Numbered from the stretch's first letter, positions 1 to 10,522 are shown. The stretch is 64,000 nt of DNA from Escherichia coli (GCF_002854065.1 NZ_CP024147.1); one strand, 5' to 3'. Translations and numbers: made by a program. The notes: generated by a model from the sequence alone, not told the origin.

Positions 1-409
1 AGCGCCCATCAGTGCCGAAATTCGCAAGGTACATCAGTATCTGACCTTTTCGGTAAATACCCCGGCACAGCTGGCAATTGCGGATATGCTACGTGCAGAA
101 CCTGAGCATTATCTTGCGTTACCGGACTTTTATCGCCAGAAGCGCGATATTCTGGTGAACGCCTTAAGTGAGAGTCGGCTGGAGATTTTACCGTGCGAAG
201 GCACATACTTTTTGCTGGTGGATTACAGCGCCGTATCTACCCTGGATGATGTTGAGTTTTGCCAGTGGCTGACGCAGGAGCACGGCGTAGCGGCGATTCC
301 GCTATCGGTGTTTTGCGCCGATCCCTTCCCACATAAACTGATTCGTCTCTGTTTTGCCAAGAAGGAATCGACGTTGCTGGCAGCAGCTGAACGCCTGCGC
401 CAGCTTTAG
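1..409 (+). CDS. ybdL: PLP-dependent aminotransferase, C-terminal part only (5' end lies outside the window)
   Basis: Frame is open from the window start to the stop at 407-409; the translated C-terminus matches E. coli YbdL from memory. Confidence 0.85.
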   Translation, partial: APISAEIRKVHQYLTFSVNTPAQLAIADMLRAEPEHYLALPDFYRQKRDILVNALSESRLEILPCEGTYFLLVDYSAVSTLDDVEFCQWLTQEHGVAAIPLSVFCADPFPHKLIRLCFAKKESTLLAAAERLRQL

Positions 410-1039
410 CTATTTAACCGTCCAGGCGCGGGAATATTGACGGTCGGCAAACAACTCTTGCAGGCCGTTAATTTGCTTCAGGCGCAGCACTTCGTCGCTG
501 TCCATTCCCAGCTCTTTGCCAATTTTATTATCGTCCCATCCCAACTGGCTAAGTTCACGGACGATTTCCGACATGGCGGTGATTTGATGGCGTCCACGAG
601 CGCGATTATGACGAATAGTCGCGGCGATGCGTTGATTACGCGTACCTTCCAGACAGGTCACCGGCAAATAACCTTTTAAGCGTAATTGTAATGATGATGA
701 GCCTTTACCAATTTCATGGCGGTGAAAACCATCCACGATTTCCAGAGCATTTTTATCCGTATGCGTGACCACAATGGGTTGGGTAAAACCATCTATTTCA
801 ATGGATTTTTGCAGCAGTTTCTTCTCTGGCGGTGCCACATTATTGGGATTGTAATCATTTGGCACGAGCTGGCTATTTTTCACCCACAGAACGCAATCCA
901 CTGGCTCTTCACGAAAGGGGCTAACCTGATGGATCGCCATGCGGATTTCATTAATCGCTTTGATGCGATCATCTTCCGGCAAGCTGGCGAGAAATTGCGT
1001 TAAATCCTGCGTTAATCGTTGTTGCATAGTATCCCCCAT
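410..1039 (-). CDS. ybdM: ParB/Srx-like nuclease-domain protein (IbrB-like)
   Basis: 209-aa ORF containing the motif EIVDGFHRHEIGK (DGQHR/ParB-Srx-like); its start overlaps the ybdN stop by 28 nt. Confidence 0.9.
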   Translation of the reverse strand: MGDTMQQRLTQDLTQFLASLPEDDRIKAINEIRMAIHQVSPFREEPVDCVLWVKNSQLVPNDYNPNNVAPPEKKLLQKSIEIDGFTQPIVVTHTDKNALEIVDGFHRHEIGKGSSSLQLRLKGYLPVTCLEGTRNQRIAATIRHNRARGRHQITAMSEIVRELSQLGWDDNKIGKELGMDSDEVLRLKQINGLQELFADRQYSRAWTVK

Positions 1040-2232
1040 TCCTGACGTTTTCCTTTTATCCGTTCGTTATAACGCTGATAGTTCTTCGCTTTCGTAGGAC
1101 TAAATGATAATGCCCGACACCAGTAATCGTTATTGAGTAAAACTTTGCATATCCGCCGCCAGGAGGGGATATCTTTCGCGCCAATGTCCCCTTGCTGGGT
1201 TTGTGGAACCTCGATGCCTTTTTTCTGATACCAGTGCAAATAAATGGCGATTTTATTGCGGTAATGCTCAGCTGTTTTTTCCGGCATGCTATTGAGCAGC
1301 AATAATGCATATTCTTGCCAGTCTAAATGTTCTGGCTTGAGGATTTTCCGATGCCCATAGAAATGATTGTCATGTCCGGCGTAAATGCCGCCACTTTTTA
1401 CCCCGCTGACTCGTGCGCACATAGCAGCCCAGCGATCCGGTTCGATAACGTGATAGAGCCATAATCCTTGTCGTTGCTCCGGGCCAAAAGGTTCGCAAAT
1501 TCGCATATGACGCAGAGGAACGCCTGCCTGATACATCAGGTTATACAGTGGGTTGCAGAGACTTTGATGATTTGCATACCAGGTCCAGATATCAGCCACT
1601 TTCCAGTCGTAAATGGGATAAATGTACCAGCTATGACCGCCTGGTGCGGCCGTAGTCCAGGGTTTATCGTCGGCAAAACGTTGTTTATTTAAACTGGCGA
1701 TGGCGACAAAACGGTTGTAGGACTCATCCGCACGGATGCCGATCATCATCGCCGCCGGACGTTTTTGTGAAAACCATTCGGCAAACTCACGTACAAATTG
1801 TTCGAAGGTCATGCCTGGCTGGTAAAAGGAGAAAAAGTCAGGATCGGTTATCGCATCTTGCGGGGGCTGACGCACCCATTCGACATCAGGTTCCCAGCAC
1901 TGCCATTCGGGTTGGTATTGTGAAAGGGAATTTTGCGTCGTAAGCGGGAGCGCAACCCAGTAAAACTCTTCGATGACATCGGTGTACAACTCGTGCAGGG
2001 ACTGAACATAATTAATGGTGCAAGAGAATTGCGCCTCCCAGTCGATAAACAAAACGCAGATTTTTTTGCCCATTTGTCGGGCAAGTTCGGCTGTCAGATG
2101 CAGCATTAAACCAGAGTCTTTGCCGCCAGAAAATGAGACACAAACGCGGGGTAGGGTGTTGAGTGTCCAGGTAATACGCTCTCGTGCAGCTTCCAGAATA
2201 TTGAGCGGAAGAGGAATTTTATAAATAGACAT
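1012..2232 (-). CDS. ybdN: PAPS-reductase-like PP-loop ATP pyrophosphatase family protein (IbrA-like)
   Basis: 406-aa ORF with the PP-loop motif SFSGGKDS near the N-terminus; length matches K-12 YbdN. Confidence 0.9.
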   Translation of the reverse strand: MSIYKIPLPLNILEAARERITWTLNTLPRVCVSFSGGKDSGLMLHLTAELARQMGKKICVLFIDWEAQFSCTINYVQSLHELYTDVIEEFYWVALPLTTQNSLSQYQPEWQCWEPDVEWVRQPPQDAITDPDFFSFYQPGMTFEQFVREFAEWFSQKRPAAMMIGIRADESYNRFVAIASLNKQRFADDKPWTTAAPGGHSWYIYPIYDWKVADIWTWYANHQSLCNPLYNLMYQAGVPLRHMRICEPFGPEQRQGLWLYHVIEPDRWAAMCARVSGVKSGGIYAGHDNHFYGHRKILKPEHLDWQEYALLLLNSMPEKTAEHYRNKIAIYLHWYQKKGIEVPQTQQGDIGAKDIPSWRRICKVLLNNDYWCRALSFSPTKAKNYQRYNERIKGKRQEWGILCNND

Positions 2233-2710
2233 CTGAAGACGCTCTCTGAACGTTACAGGGTGATCAGTGAGATAAGACTGTTAATTATAAAGTAAACACT
2301 GAAAAGCAGAGTGTTTTATTTTTCATTCGCGCTGTGAATAAATAGGTGAAAGTTATAGTAGCTGTCTGAGGTTATATATCAAAAACACTCATTTAGACGG
2401 TCAATGAATCGTGAGAACACCAGATTGTTTAAAGAAGATTTATTATAGGAAATGTAAAGCTTTATTGAAGGTAACGGATGTTCTAGTTTTATCTCTTTTA
2501 AATTAAGAAAGTCACGGTGGGAGTTATAAAGTTCATAGGGGACTATTCCCAGTAAATCTGTAACTGCAATGCTATTAATGATTGTCAGCAAAGAGGAACC
2601 ACGAAATGAAATTTTGCGATTCATAAATCTCTCGTCTATTTCCATTTGAATATCATCAACCCCTGCTGATTTAGATATTAATTGGGTGAACTCTTCTGCC
2701 ATAATTTGTT

Positions 2711-2719
2711 CATAAGTGC
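2711..2719. repeat. IS1 target-site duplication, left copy (CATAAGTGC)
   Basis: The same 9-mer occurs immediately outside both IS1 ends. Confidence 0.9.
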
Positions 2720-2774
2720 GGTGATGCTGCCAACTTACTGATTTAGTGTATGATGGTGTTTTTGAGGTGCTCCA

Positions 2775-3050
2775 GTGGCTTCTGTTTCTATCAGCTGTCC
2801 CTCCTGTTCAGCTACTGACGGGGTGGTGCGTAACGGCAAAAGCACTGCCGGACATCAGCGCTATCTCTGCTCTCACTGCCGTAAAACATGGCAACTGCAG
2901 TTCACTTACACCGCTTCTCAACCCGGTACGCACCAGAAAATCATTGATATGGCCATGAATGGCGTTGGATGCCGGGCAACCGCCCGCATTATGGGCGTTG
3001 GCCTCAACACGATTTTCCGCCATTTAAAAAACTCAGGCCGCAGTCGGTAA
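2775..3050 (+). CDS. insA: IS1 InsA (transposition inhibitor / N-terminal part of the transposase)
   Basis: 91-aa ORF beginning [30 protein letters not shown], recognised as IS1 InsA. Confidence 0.95.
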   Translation: MASVSISCPSCSATDGVVRNGKSTAGHQRYLCSHCRKTWQLQFTYTASQPGTHQKIIDMAMNGVGCRATARIMGVGLNTIFRHLKNSGRSR

Positions 3051-3472
3051 CCTCGCGCATACAGCCGGGCAGTGACGTCATCGTCTGCGCGGAAATGGAC
3101 GAACAGTGGGGATACGTCGGGGCTAAATCGCGCCAGCGCTGGCTGTTTTACGCGTATGACAGGCTCCGGAAGACGGTTGTTGCGCACGTATTCGGTGAAC
3201 GCACTATGGCGACGCTGGGGCGTCTTATGAGCCTGCTGTCACCCTTTGACGTGGTGATATGGATGACGGATGGCTGGCCGCTGTATGAATCCCGCCTGAA
3301 GGGAAAGCTGCACGTAATCAGCAAGCGATATACGCAGCGAATTGAGCGGCATAACCTGAATCTGAGGCAGCACCTGGCACGGCTGGGACGGAAGTCGCTG
3401 TCGTTCTCAAAATCGGTGGAGCTGCATGACAAAGTCATCGGGCATTATCTGAACATAAAACACTATCAATAA
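2969..3472 (+). CDS. insB: IS1 InsB reading frame (expressed as an InsAB' fusion by -1 frameshift)
   Basis: 167-aa ORF in the -1 frame relative to insA, recognised as IS1 InsB. Confidence 0.9.
   Translation: MPGNRPHYGRWPQHDFPPFKKLRPQSVTSRIQPGSDVIVCAEMDEQWGYVGAKSRQRWLFYAYDRLRKTVVAHVFGERTMATLGRLMSLLSPFDVVIWMTDGWPLYESRLKGKLHVISKRYTQRIERHNLNLRQHLARLGRKSLSFSKSVELHDKVIGHYLNIKHYQ
3026..3032 (+). promoter_or_regulatory. IS1 A6C slippery site for programmed -1 ribosomal frameshifting
   Basis: AAAAAAC heptamer within the insA/insB overlap. Confidence 0.7.
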
Positions 3473-3487
3473 GTTGGAGTCATTACC

Positions 3488-3496
3488 CATAAGTGC
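3488..3496. repeat. IS1 target-site duplication, right copy (CATAAGTGC)
   Basis: The same 9-mer occurs immediately outside both IS1 ends. Confidence 0.9.
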
Positions 3497-4268
3497 TATT
3501 GTCAGTAATTCGTGGATGCCTATTACTACAAATTAGAGTATTGCGAATCGTATGCAATGGCATGCAAATGACGGAACGGCTGATCACTGGCATTTGGGTG
3601 ATCACCAGATCGGCTTTGCGGTGAACCAACAGTTCTTCAGCATTCTCTGCTGACATGAGGATATCATGGCACTCAATCTCGACAGAGGAATCTTGTCGTA
3701 GGCAGCGGATCAGCATACTATTATTAGAGCAAGAAATGAGCTGAGGGCCGTGAATAATAAAGTTTTTCTTTAGTTCGGACTTATTGACTATATTAATTGT
3801 TTGTTCAAGGCCTCTGAGATTTTTCTCAAGATGGTGATGCAGATTTAACCCTGTTGTCGTCGGCGCGATACCTTTTCCTGAGCGAATGAATAAAGGGTCA
3901 TTAAATTGCGCACGTAAGCGTTGTAACGACTGGCTCACGGCTGATGGGGTGATATATAGTGATTCAGCAGCTTTGCTAATGCTTAAATGCTGGTAAATAC
4001 ACTCAAATATGACAAGAAGATTTAAGTCGAACTTTTTCAAGTCGTAGAGATTGGTCATACACTACTCCGGTTATATTTTTCTTCCATGATATATTCACTT
4101 AATCAATGTTTTTTTTGCGTATATATTTTTATTGGTTATGTTTTTTTGCTTAACTCAGGATTAAGTTTTTCTAAAATAGCACAGCCACTTAGGGCAGAGC
4201 GAGCAATTCATGCTTTTTTAGGATGGTTGAAAAGCAGGGATATAGTTCAACCATCCATGAATTACCTT

Positions 4269-5015
4269 TTATTTATTTCCCATAATGATATTAAGCGTTT
4301 TCTGATCGGGCAACCCCACGGCCTGTTGCAGCGTATTTTCCTTACTCATGTAATAGATAGCCGGAGTGACATTTGCCCCCAGATCGTCCATCAGTTTCTC
4401 ATTGTCACTTAACACTTTCATTTGCTCTGTACTTACGTTTGCAGGCACGTTTAGCTTAAGCTTGCCACCAGAGGCTTCATATTGTTGCCAGGTTTTTGCG
4501 GGATCTTTGGAGGCAAGAATTGCCGCGGCTGTCGCCGGACTTTCTGGTTTGATAACCCCAACCAACAATGTTCTCAACTGTACTTTGCCAGAATCTACCC
4601 ACGGGCGCGCCTGCTGCCAGAACTGTTTACAATATGGGCAGAACGGATCGGCGAAGACGTAGACAATGACCGGCGCATCTTTTTTACCGTCGAGGAGCCA
4701 GTGGGATTGTTCCATCCGTTGCCACATTTCGCGTCCGGCTGGTGCGTAAATTTCTTTTTCGATAAGTGTGTTACTCAGGTTTTCACCTTTCTCGTTGTAC
4801 ATGTAACCAGAGATAGCGTGCTTACCATCTGGAGTCAGGTAGATGGTGACGCCCATATCCTGATACTTTCCGAGATAACCTTTCATTCCTCCGGGGGCAT
4901 CGAACGCTTTGATGATCGTAATACCCTGTTTTTCAATCGCTTTTACTGGAGCAGGAAGTTCCTCTGCGAAGGCGATTGCAGGAAGCAGAGCCAGTAAAAG
5001 TATCTTTTTTAACAT
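4269..5015 (-). CDS. dsbG: Periplasmic disulfide isomerase/chaperone DsbG
   Basis: ORF 4269..5075; start placed at the internal ATG at 5015 ([17 protein letters not shown] signal peptide, preceded by AAGGA), giving 248 aa; thioredoxin-like CPYC motif present. Confidence 0.9.
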   Translation of the reverse strand: MLKKILLLALLPAIAFAEELPAPVKAIEKQGITIIKAFDAPGGMKGYLGKYQDMGVTIYLTPDGKHAISGYMYNEKGENLSNTLIEKEIYAPAGREMWQRMEQSHWLLDGKKDAPVIVYVFADPFCPYCKQFWQQARPWVDSGKVQLRTLLVGVIKPESPATAAAILASKDPAKTWQQYEASGGKLKLNVPANVSTEQMKVLSDNEKLMDDLGANVTPAIYYMSKENTLQQAVGLPDQKTLNIIMGNK

Positions 5016-5279
5016 TAATTTGTCCTTTTCAGTCAGTGCAAAAGTCGAGTAAAAGGCATAACCTATCATTGTCATAGGTAAGAGCTTAGATCAGGTGATT
5101 GCCCTTTGTTTATGAGGGTGTTGTAATCCATGTCGTTGTTGCATTTGTAAGGGCAACACCTCAGCCTGCAGGCAGGCGCTGAAGATACCAAAGGGTAGTT
5201 CAGATTACACGGTCACCTGGAAAGGGGGCCATTTTACTTTTTATCGCCGCTGGCGGTGCAAAGTTCACAAAGTTGTCTT

Positions 5280-5386
5280 ACGAAAGTTGTAAGGTAAAAC
5301 TTATCGATTTGATAATGGAAACGCATTAGCCGAATCGGTAAAAATTGGTTACCTTACATCTCATCGAAAACACGGAGGAAGTATAG
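5280..5386 (+). promoter_or_regulatory. ahpC promoter region, expected OxyR-regulated
   Basis: Position immediately upstream of ahpC in the divergent dsbG-ahpC intergenic region; individual -35/-10 and OxyR half-sites were not resolved by eye. Confidence 0.35.
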
Positions 5387-5950
5387 ATGTCCTTGATTAA
5401 CACCAAAATTAAACCTTTTAAAAACCAGGCATTCAAAAACGGCGAATTCATCGAAATCACCGAAAAAGATACCGAAGGCCGCTGGAGCGTCTTCTTCTTC
5501 TACCCGGCTGACTTTACTTTCGTATGCCCGACCGAACTGGGTGACGTTGCTGACCACTACGAAGAACTGCAGAAACTGGGCGTAGACGTATACGCAGTAT
5601 CTACCGATACTCACTTCACCCACAAAGCATGGCACAGCAGCTCTGAAACCATCGCTAAAATCAAATATGCGATGATCGGCGACCCGACTGGCGCCCTGAC
5701 CCGTAACTTCGACAACATGCGTGAAGATGAAGGTCTGGCTGACCGTGCGACCTTCGTTGTTGACCCGCAAGGTATCATCCAGGCAATCGAAGTTACCGCT
5801 GAAGGCATTGGCCGTGACGCGTCTGACCTGCTGCGTAAAATCAAAGCAGCACAGTACGTAGCTTCACACCCAGGTGAAGTTTGCCCGGCTAAATGGAAAG
5901 AAGGTGAAGCAACTCTGGCTCCGTCTCTGGACCTGGTTGGTAAAATCTAA
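5387..5950 (+). CDS. ahpC: Alkyl hydroperoxide reductase, peroxiredoxin subunit C
   Basis: 187-aa ORF with the peroxiredoxin motif [15 protein letters not shown]; strong GGAGG ribosome-binding site upstream. Confidence 0.97.
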   Translation: MSLINTKIKPFKNQAFKNGEFIEITEKDTEGRWSVFFFYPADFTFVCPTELGDVADHYEELQKLGVDVYAVSTDTHFTHKAWHSSSETIAKIKYAMIGDPTGALTRNFDNMREDEGLADRATFVVDPQGIIQAIEVTAEGIGRDASDLLRKIKAAQYVASHPGEVCPAKWKEGEATLAPSLDLVGKI

Positions 5951-6078
5951 GTTCCGCAATCGCGTAATTAATCGGGTGCTGCGGCACCCGATTTTCTTCC
6001 CCGCACCATGATGCAAGCTGCATCCAGGTAGCCGCAGAGGCCGCTTGCATGATGATGTTTAAAGCCCAGGAGATAAAC

Positions 6079-7644
6079 ATGCTCGACACAAATATGAAAA
6101 CTCAACTCAAGGCTTACCTTGAGAAATTGACCAAGCCTGTTGAGTTAATTGCCACGCTGGATGACAGCGCTAAATCGGCAGAAATCAAGGAACTGTTGGC
6201 TGAAATCGCAGAACTGTCAGACAAAGTCACCTTTAAAGAAGATAACAGCTTGCCGGTGCGTAAGCCGTCTTTCCTGATCACCAACCCAGGTTCCAACCAG
6301 GGGCCACGTTTTGCAGGCTCCCCGCTGGGCCACGAGTTCACCTCGCTGGTACTGGCGTTACTGTGGACCGGTGGTCATCCGTCGAAAGAAGCGCAGTCCC
6401 TGCTGGAGCAGATTCGCCATATTGACGGTGATTTTGAATTCGAAACCTATTACTCGCTCTCTTGCCATAACTGCCCGGACGTGGTGCAGGCGCTGAACCT
6501 GATGAGCGTATTGAACCCGCGCATCAAGCACACTGCAATTGACGGCGGCACCTTCCAGAACGAAATCACCGATCGCAACGTGATGGGCGTTCCGGCAGTG
6601 TTCGTAAACGGGAAAGAGTTTGGTCAGGGCCGCATGACGTTGACTGAAATCGTTGCCAAAATTGATACTGGCGCGGAAAAACGTGCGGCAGAAGAGCTGA
6701 ACAAGCGTGATGCTTATGACGTATTAATCGTTGGTTCCGGCCCGGCGGGTGCAGCGGCAGCAATTTACTCCGCACGTAAAGGCATCCGTACCGGTCTGAT
6801 GGGCGAACGTTTTGGTGGTCAGATCCTCGATACCGTTGATATCGAAAACTACATTTCTGTACCGAAGACTGAAGGGCAGAAGTTGGCAGGCGCACTGAAA
6901 GTTCACGTTGATGAATACGACGTTGATGTGATCGACAGCCAGAGCGCCAGCAAACTGATCCCAGCAGCAGTTGAAGGTGGTCTGCATCAGATTGAAACAG
7001 CTTCTGGCGCGGTACTGAAAGCACGCAGCATTATCGTGGCGACCGGTGCAAAATGGCGCAACATGAACGTTCCGGGCGAAGATCAGTATCGCACCAAAGG
7101 CGTGACCTACTGCCCGCACTGCGACGGCCCGCTGTTTAAAGGCAAACGCGTAGCGGTTATCGGCGGCGGTAACTCCGGCGTGGAAGCGGCAATCGACCTG
7201 GCGGGTATCGTTGAGCACGTAACTCTGCTGGAATTTGCGCCAGAAATGAAAGCCGACCAGGTGCTGCAGGACAAACTGCGCAGCCTGAAAAACGTCGATA
7301 TTATTCTGAATGCGCAAACCACGGAAGTGAAAGGCGACGGCAGCAAAGTCGTTGGTCTGGAATATCGAGATCGTGTCAGCGGCGATATTCACAACATCGA
7401 ACTGGCCGGTATTTTCGTCCAGATTGGTCTGCTGCCGAACACCAACTGGCTGGAAGGCGCAGTCGAACGTAACCGCATGGGTGAGATTATCATTGATGCG
7501 AAATGCGAAACCAACGTCAAAGGCGTGTTCGCAGCGGGTGACTGTACGACGGTTCCGTACAAGCAGATCATCATCGCCACTGGCGAAGGTGCCAAAGCCT
7601 CTCTGAGTGCTTTTGACTACCTGATTCGCACCAAAACTGCATAA
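6079..7644 (+). CDS. ahpF: Alkyl hydroperoxide reductase, flavoprotein subunit F
   Basis: ORF 6049..7644; start chosen at the ATG at 6079 (MLDTNMKTQ, preceded by AGGAG) for 521 aa; CHNC and CPHC redox motifs plus GSGPAG FAD-binding motif. Confidence 0.95.
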
Positions 7645-7673
7645 GAAGAAGTAAGATTCACCTGCAATCGCTT

Positions 7674-7705
7674 AGCCGCCGGGGTCAAACCTGGCGGCTT
7701 TTTTA
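7674..7705 (+). terminator. Rho-independent terminator downstream of ahpF
   Basis: GC hairpin AGCCGCC-(11-nt loop)-TGGCGGCT followed by a T-run. Confidence 0.6.
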
Positions 7706-7712
7706 TGGCAAT

Positions 7713-7750
7713 AAAAAGCCCCGCCGGGATGGCTCCGGGCAGGGCTGGAG
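7713..7750 (-). terminator. Putative terminator downstream of uspG
   Basis: Imperfect GC-rich hairpin followed by a T-run on the minus strand. Confidence 0.4.
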
Positions 7751-7764
7751 ACTTATTCTGACAA

Positions 7765-8193
7765 TTAACGCACAACCAGCACCGGCAGATTGGCGTGGCG
7801 GATCACGCTCGAGGCGTTAGAACCTAACAGATGGGTCGAAATCGATGGGTTGCGAGAACCGATAACTACAACATCAGCCCCCAGTTCTTCTGCCAACTCA
7901 TTGACTTCATCCCGCACGCTACCAAAACGGACATGTTGTTTAATGCGGGAAGGATCGATGGTGAAGTGGCTGACCATCGTTTGCAGACGTTCTTCTGCTT
8001 CATGTTGCAGATGCTCTTCAAAACGACGCACATCAGCGGCAAAACGGTGCAGGCTTAGGCTGGCTGACCCGGGTAGTACGTGAAGTAGATGAATAACTCC
8101 GTCATCCTGGGCGAGGAATTCAGCGTGGCGAACAGCTTTGTCGCTCAATTCCATTTCAAATACATCAACTGGCATAATGATTGTCTTATACAT
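7765..8193 (-). CDS. uspG: Universal stress protein G
   Basis: 142-aa ORF with a UspA-family fold signature (VVVIGSRNP). Confidence 0.9.
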   Translation of the reverse strand: MYKTIIMPVDVFEMELSDKAVRHAEFLAQDDGVIHLLHVLPGSASLSLHRFAADVRRFEEHLQHEAEERLQTMVSHFTIDPSRIKQHVRFGSVRDEVNELAEELGADVVVIGSRNPSISTHLLGSNASSVIRHANLPVLVVR

Positions 8194-8413
8194 AACCCTT
8201 TCTCCCTGTTAATCATGAACAAATCATTCGCCATGATTATAATATTTATCCCTGATATTTGTCTGGTTCTTTTTCCTTACGAACGGTTTCTGTGATTAAT
8301 ATATTCTCACTGAACACCAGGAATTCTCCCAAAACCTGCGGTACCGCCCGTTTTCCCGCTGTGATAGCTACCCTTAAAGACTGACTTTTTTTTGAACTGT
8401 CTCTGGAGGTTGC

Positions 8414-9652
8414 ATGAAAGCATTGACTTATCACGGCCCACATCACGTTCAGGTAGAAAATGTTCCCGATCCGGGCATTGAACAGGCAGATGATATTATT
8501 CTGCGTATTACGGCAACGGCGATCTGTGGCTCTGACCTCCATCTTTATCGAGGCAAAATACCCCAGGTTAAACATGGCGATATTTTTGGTCATGAATTTA
8601 TGGGGGAAGTAGTTGAAACCGGGAAGGACGTAAAAAATTTGCAAAAAGGCGACCGGGTGGTAATTCCGTTCGTCATTGCTTGTGGCGACTGTTTTTTCTG
8701 TCGAATGCAGCAATATGCCGCCTGCGAAAATACCAATGCGGGTAAAGGCGCTGCGCTCAATAAAAAACAGATACCTGCTCCCGCGGCATTGTTTGGTTAT
8801 AGTCACCTGTATGGTGGCGTTCCTGGCGGGCAGGCGGAATATGTCCGCGTCCCTAAAGGGAATGTGGGGCCGTTTAAAGTACCGCCTTTGCTTTCAGATG
8901 ATAAAGCGCTTTTCCTTTCTGATATTCTGCCAACGGCATGGCAGGCAGCAAAAAATGCGCAGATCCAACAAGGTTCAAGCGTTGCAGTCTATGGTGCCGG
9001 TCCTGTGGGATTGTTGACAATCGCCTGTGCACGGTTGCTCGGTGCGGAACAGATTTTTGTTGTTGATCATCATCCCTACCGCTTGCGTTTCGCCGCCGAC
9101 CGCTACGGCGCGATCCCGATTAATTTTGATGAAGATAGCGATCCGGCACAGTCAATTATTGAACAAACGGCAGGTCACCGTGGCGTGGATGCAGTAATAG
9201 ACGCCGTCGGTTTTGAAGCGAAAGGCAGCACCACGGAAACGGTGCTGACTAACCTGAAACTGGAGGGCAGCAGCGGTAAAGCGTTGCGCCAGTGTATTGC
9301 GGCGGTCAGGCGTGGCGGCATTGTTAGCGTACCGGGCGTCTACGCTGGATTTATTCACGGTTTCCTGTTTGGCGACGCCTTTGATAAAGGGTTGACGTTT
9401 AAAATGGGACAGACCCACGTTCACGCATGGCTGGGAGAATTATTACCGTTAATTGAGAAAGGATTACTGAAACCAGAAGAAATTGTTACCCACTATATGC
9501 CGTTTGAAGAGGCCGCCCGGGGATATGAGATTTTCGAAAAACGTGAAGAGGAGTGCCGTAAGGTGATTCTGGTACCCGGTGCACAAAGCGCAGAGGCGGC
9601 GCAGAAGGCGGTTTCAGGTCTGGTGAATGCGATGCCGGGGGGAACAATATGA
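8414..9652 (+). CDS. ybdR: Zn-dependent alcohol-dehydrogenase-family oxidoreductase
   Basis: 412-aa ORF with the [12 protein letters not shown] zinc-ADH signature and a GAGPVG NAD-binding motif. Confidence 0.9.
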   Translation: MKALTYHGPHHVQVENVPDPGIEQADDIILRITATAICGSDLHLYRGKIPQVKHGDIFGHEFMGEVVETGKDVKNLQKGDRVVIPFVIACGDCFFCRMQQYAACENTNAGKGAALNKKQIPAPAALFGYSHLYGGVPGGQAEYVRVPKGNVGPFKVPPLLSDDKALFLSDILPTAWQAAKNAQIQQGSSVAVYGAGPVGLLTIACARLLGAEQIFVVDHHPYRLRFAADRYGAIPINFDEDSDPAQSIIEQTAGHRGVDAVIDAVGFEAKGSTTETVLTNLKLEGSSGKALRQCIAAVRRGGIVSVPGVYAGFIHGFLFGDAFDKGLTFKMGQTHVHAWLGELLPLIEKGLLKPEEIVTHYMPFEEAARGYEIFEKREEECRKVILVPGAQSAEAAQKAVSGLVNAMPGGTI

Positions 9653-9655
9653 TCG

Positions 9656-9745
9656 TCAGGAGTGGTTTTCGAGGTAAAGGACAGCCATGACGATAATCGC
9701 CGCCATAATCAGAAATCCTATCAGGATGTAAAATGCTTCTGCCAT
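9656..9745 (-). CDS. Candidate small single-TM membrane protein (29 aa, MAEAFYILIGFLIMAAIIVMAVLYLENHS)
   Basis: ATG at 9745 to TGA at 9656-9658; almost entirely hydrophobic core of 24 residues; weak GGGA Shine-Dalgarno about 8 nt upstream; no homology check possible here. Confidence 0.3.
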   Translation of the reverse strand: MAEAFYILIGFLIMAAIIVMAVLYLENHS

Positions 9746-9882
9746 GGTTATTCCCACAAACGAAACGGAATAATTTTGCAGCAAAAGTGAACAGTGAGAA
9801 CCAGGAAAAATTGCTGATTTTGCGTAAAGAGGATGCGAGTGCATCCTCTGGGCAAAGCGAGTTATCGCTTGTGCAGATGGGA

Positions 9883-10293
9883 TTAAAGCAGGTAGTCGCC
9901 AGCAGCTTCTGGCTGGTATTCGAGTTCCAGCACTTCAAGGTGGGTTGCAACGCCGCCCGGAAGTTCCCAGTGAATGGAATCGCCAACGCGCAGTCCCAGC
10001 AGTGCGGCACCTACCGGAGCCATAACGGAAAGCTGAGTATTGCTATCGGTCATTTTTGCCGGATACACCAGCGTGCGCACACGCACTTCGCCATCGCTAA
10101 GATTGCGGAATTTAACCCGGCTGTTCATTGTCACCACGTCGTGTGGCATCTCTTCTGGCGAACACATTTGGGCGCGATCCAACTCTGCGTTTAACGCGTC
10201 GGCGATTGGCAAACCAGCATAGGCGGGTTGCTCCAGCAGAATATCGATGCGTTCGGCATCCAGGTCGTTAATGATGATAGTTGGTCTGGACAT
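9883..10293 (-). CDS. rnk: Regulator of nucleoside diphosphate kinase (GreA/GreB-like)
   Basis: 136-aa ORF matching Rnk. Confidence 0.92.
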
Positions 10294-10341
10294 TTTTACT
10301 CCATGTCGTCGGTACTGCGAGTGTCGCAGATAAACATACCC

Positions 10342-10377
10342 AAAAGAAAACCCTCACCGTCAGGCGGCGAGGGTTTA
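10342..10377 (-). terminator. Rho-independent terminator downstream of rna
   Basis: Hairpin AACCCTC...GAGGGTT followed by a T-rich tract on the minus strand. Confidence 0.5.
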
Positions 10378-10522
10378 ACTCACATGATGATACTGACTGT
10401 TGCTCACTCTTTGAAGTGATTTGCGTCACATTCAGGGAATTCCTCAATGCAGCGCATTATGTATAAATCTTAATCGCCTTGGTTTATGGAAGACGAATTA
10501 GCGTGTTTTGTAAATCAGAGGA

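Larger units (their letters stand above)
2720..3487 (+). mobile_element. IS1 insertion sequence, complete, 768 bp
   Basis: Left end GGTGATGCTGCCAACTTACTGAT at 2720 and right end ...AAGTTGGAGTCATTACC at 3487 match the IS1 terminal inverted repeats; insA and insB ORFs lie inside; flanked by a 9-bp direct repeat. Confidence 0.95.
2379..4058 (-). pseudogene. ybdO: LysR-family transcriptional regulator interrupted by IS1
   Basis: N-terminal HTH fragment (ORF 3483..4058) and C-terminal fragment (ORF 2379..2702) lie in a compatible frame on either side of the IS1 at 2720..3487; the two fragments sum to about the intact length. Confidence 0.85.

Noticed and set aside
3148-3438. 96-aa minus-strand ORF
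   Set aside because: It lies inside IS1, antisense to insB, and is not a known IS1 product.
6049-6078. Upstream extensions of track ORFs (ahpF shown; likewise dsbG, rna, citF, citE, citC, dpiB, pagP, leuS, rihA, gltI, ubiF)
   Set aside because: The longest-ORF starts lack ribosome-binding sites or run into upstream genes. Internal ATGs with Shine-Dalgarno sequences or signal peptides give products of the expected length, and those were used.
9486-10010. 174-aa minus-strand ORF overlapping the rnk 3' end and the ybdR 3' end
   Set aside because: It is out of frame with rnk and mostly overlaps established genes. Only the separate 29-codon hydrophobic ORF at 9656-9745 was retained as a candidate.
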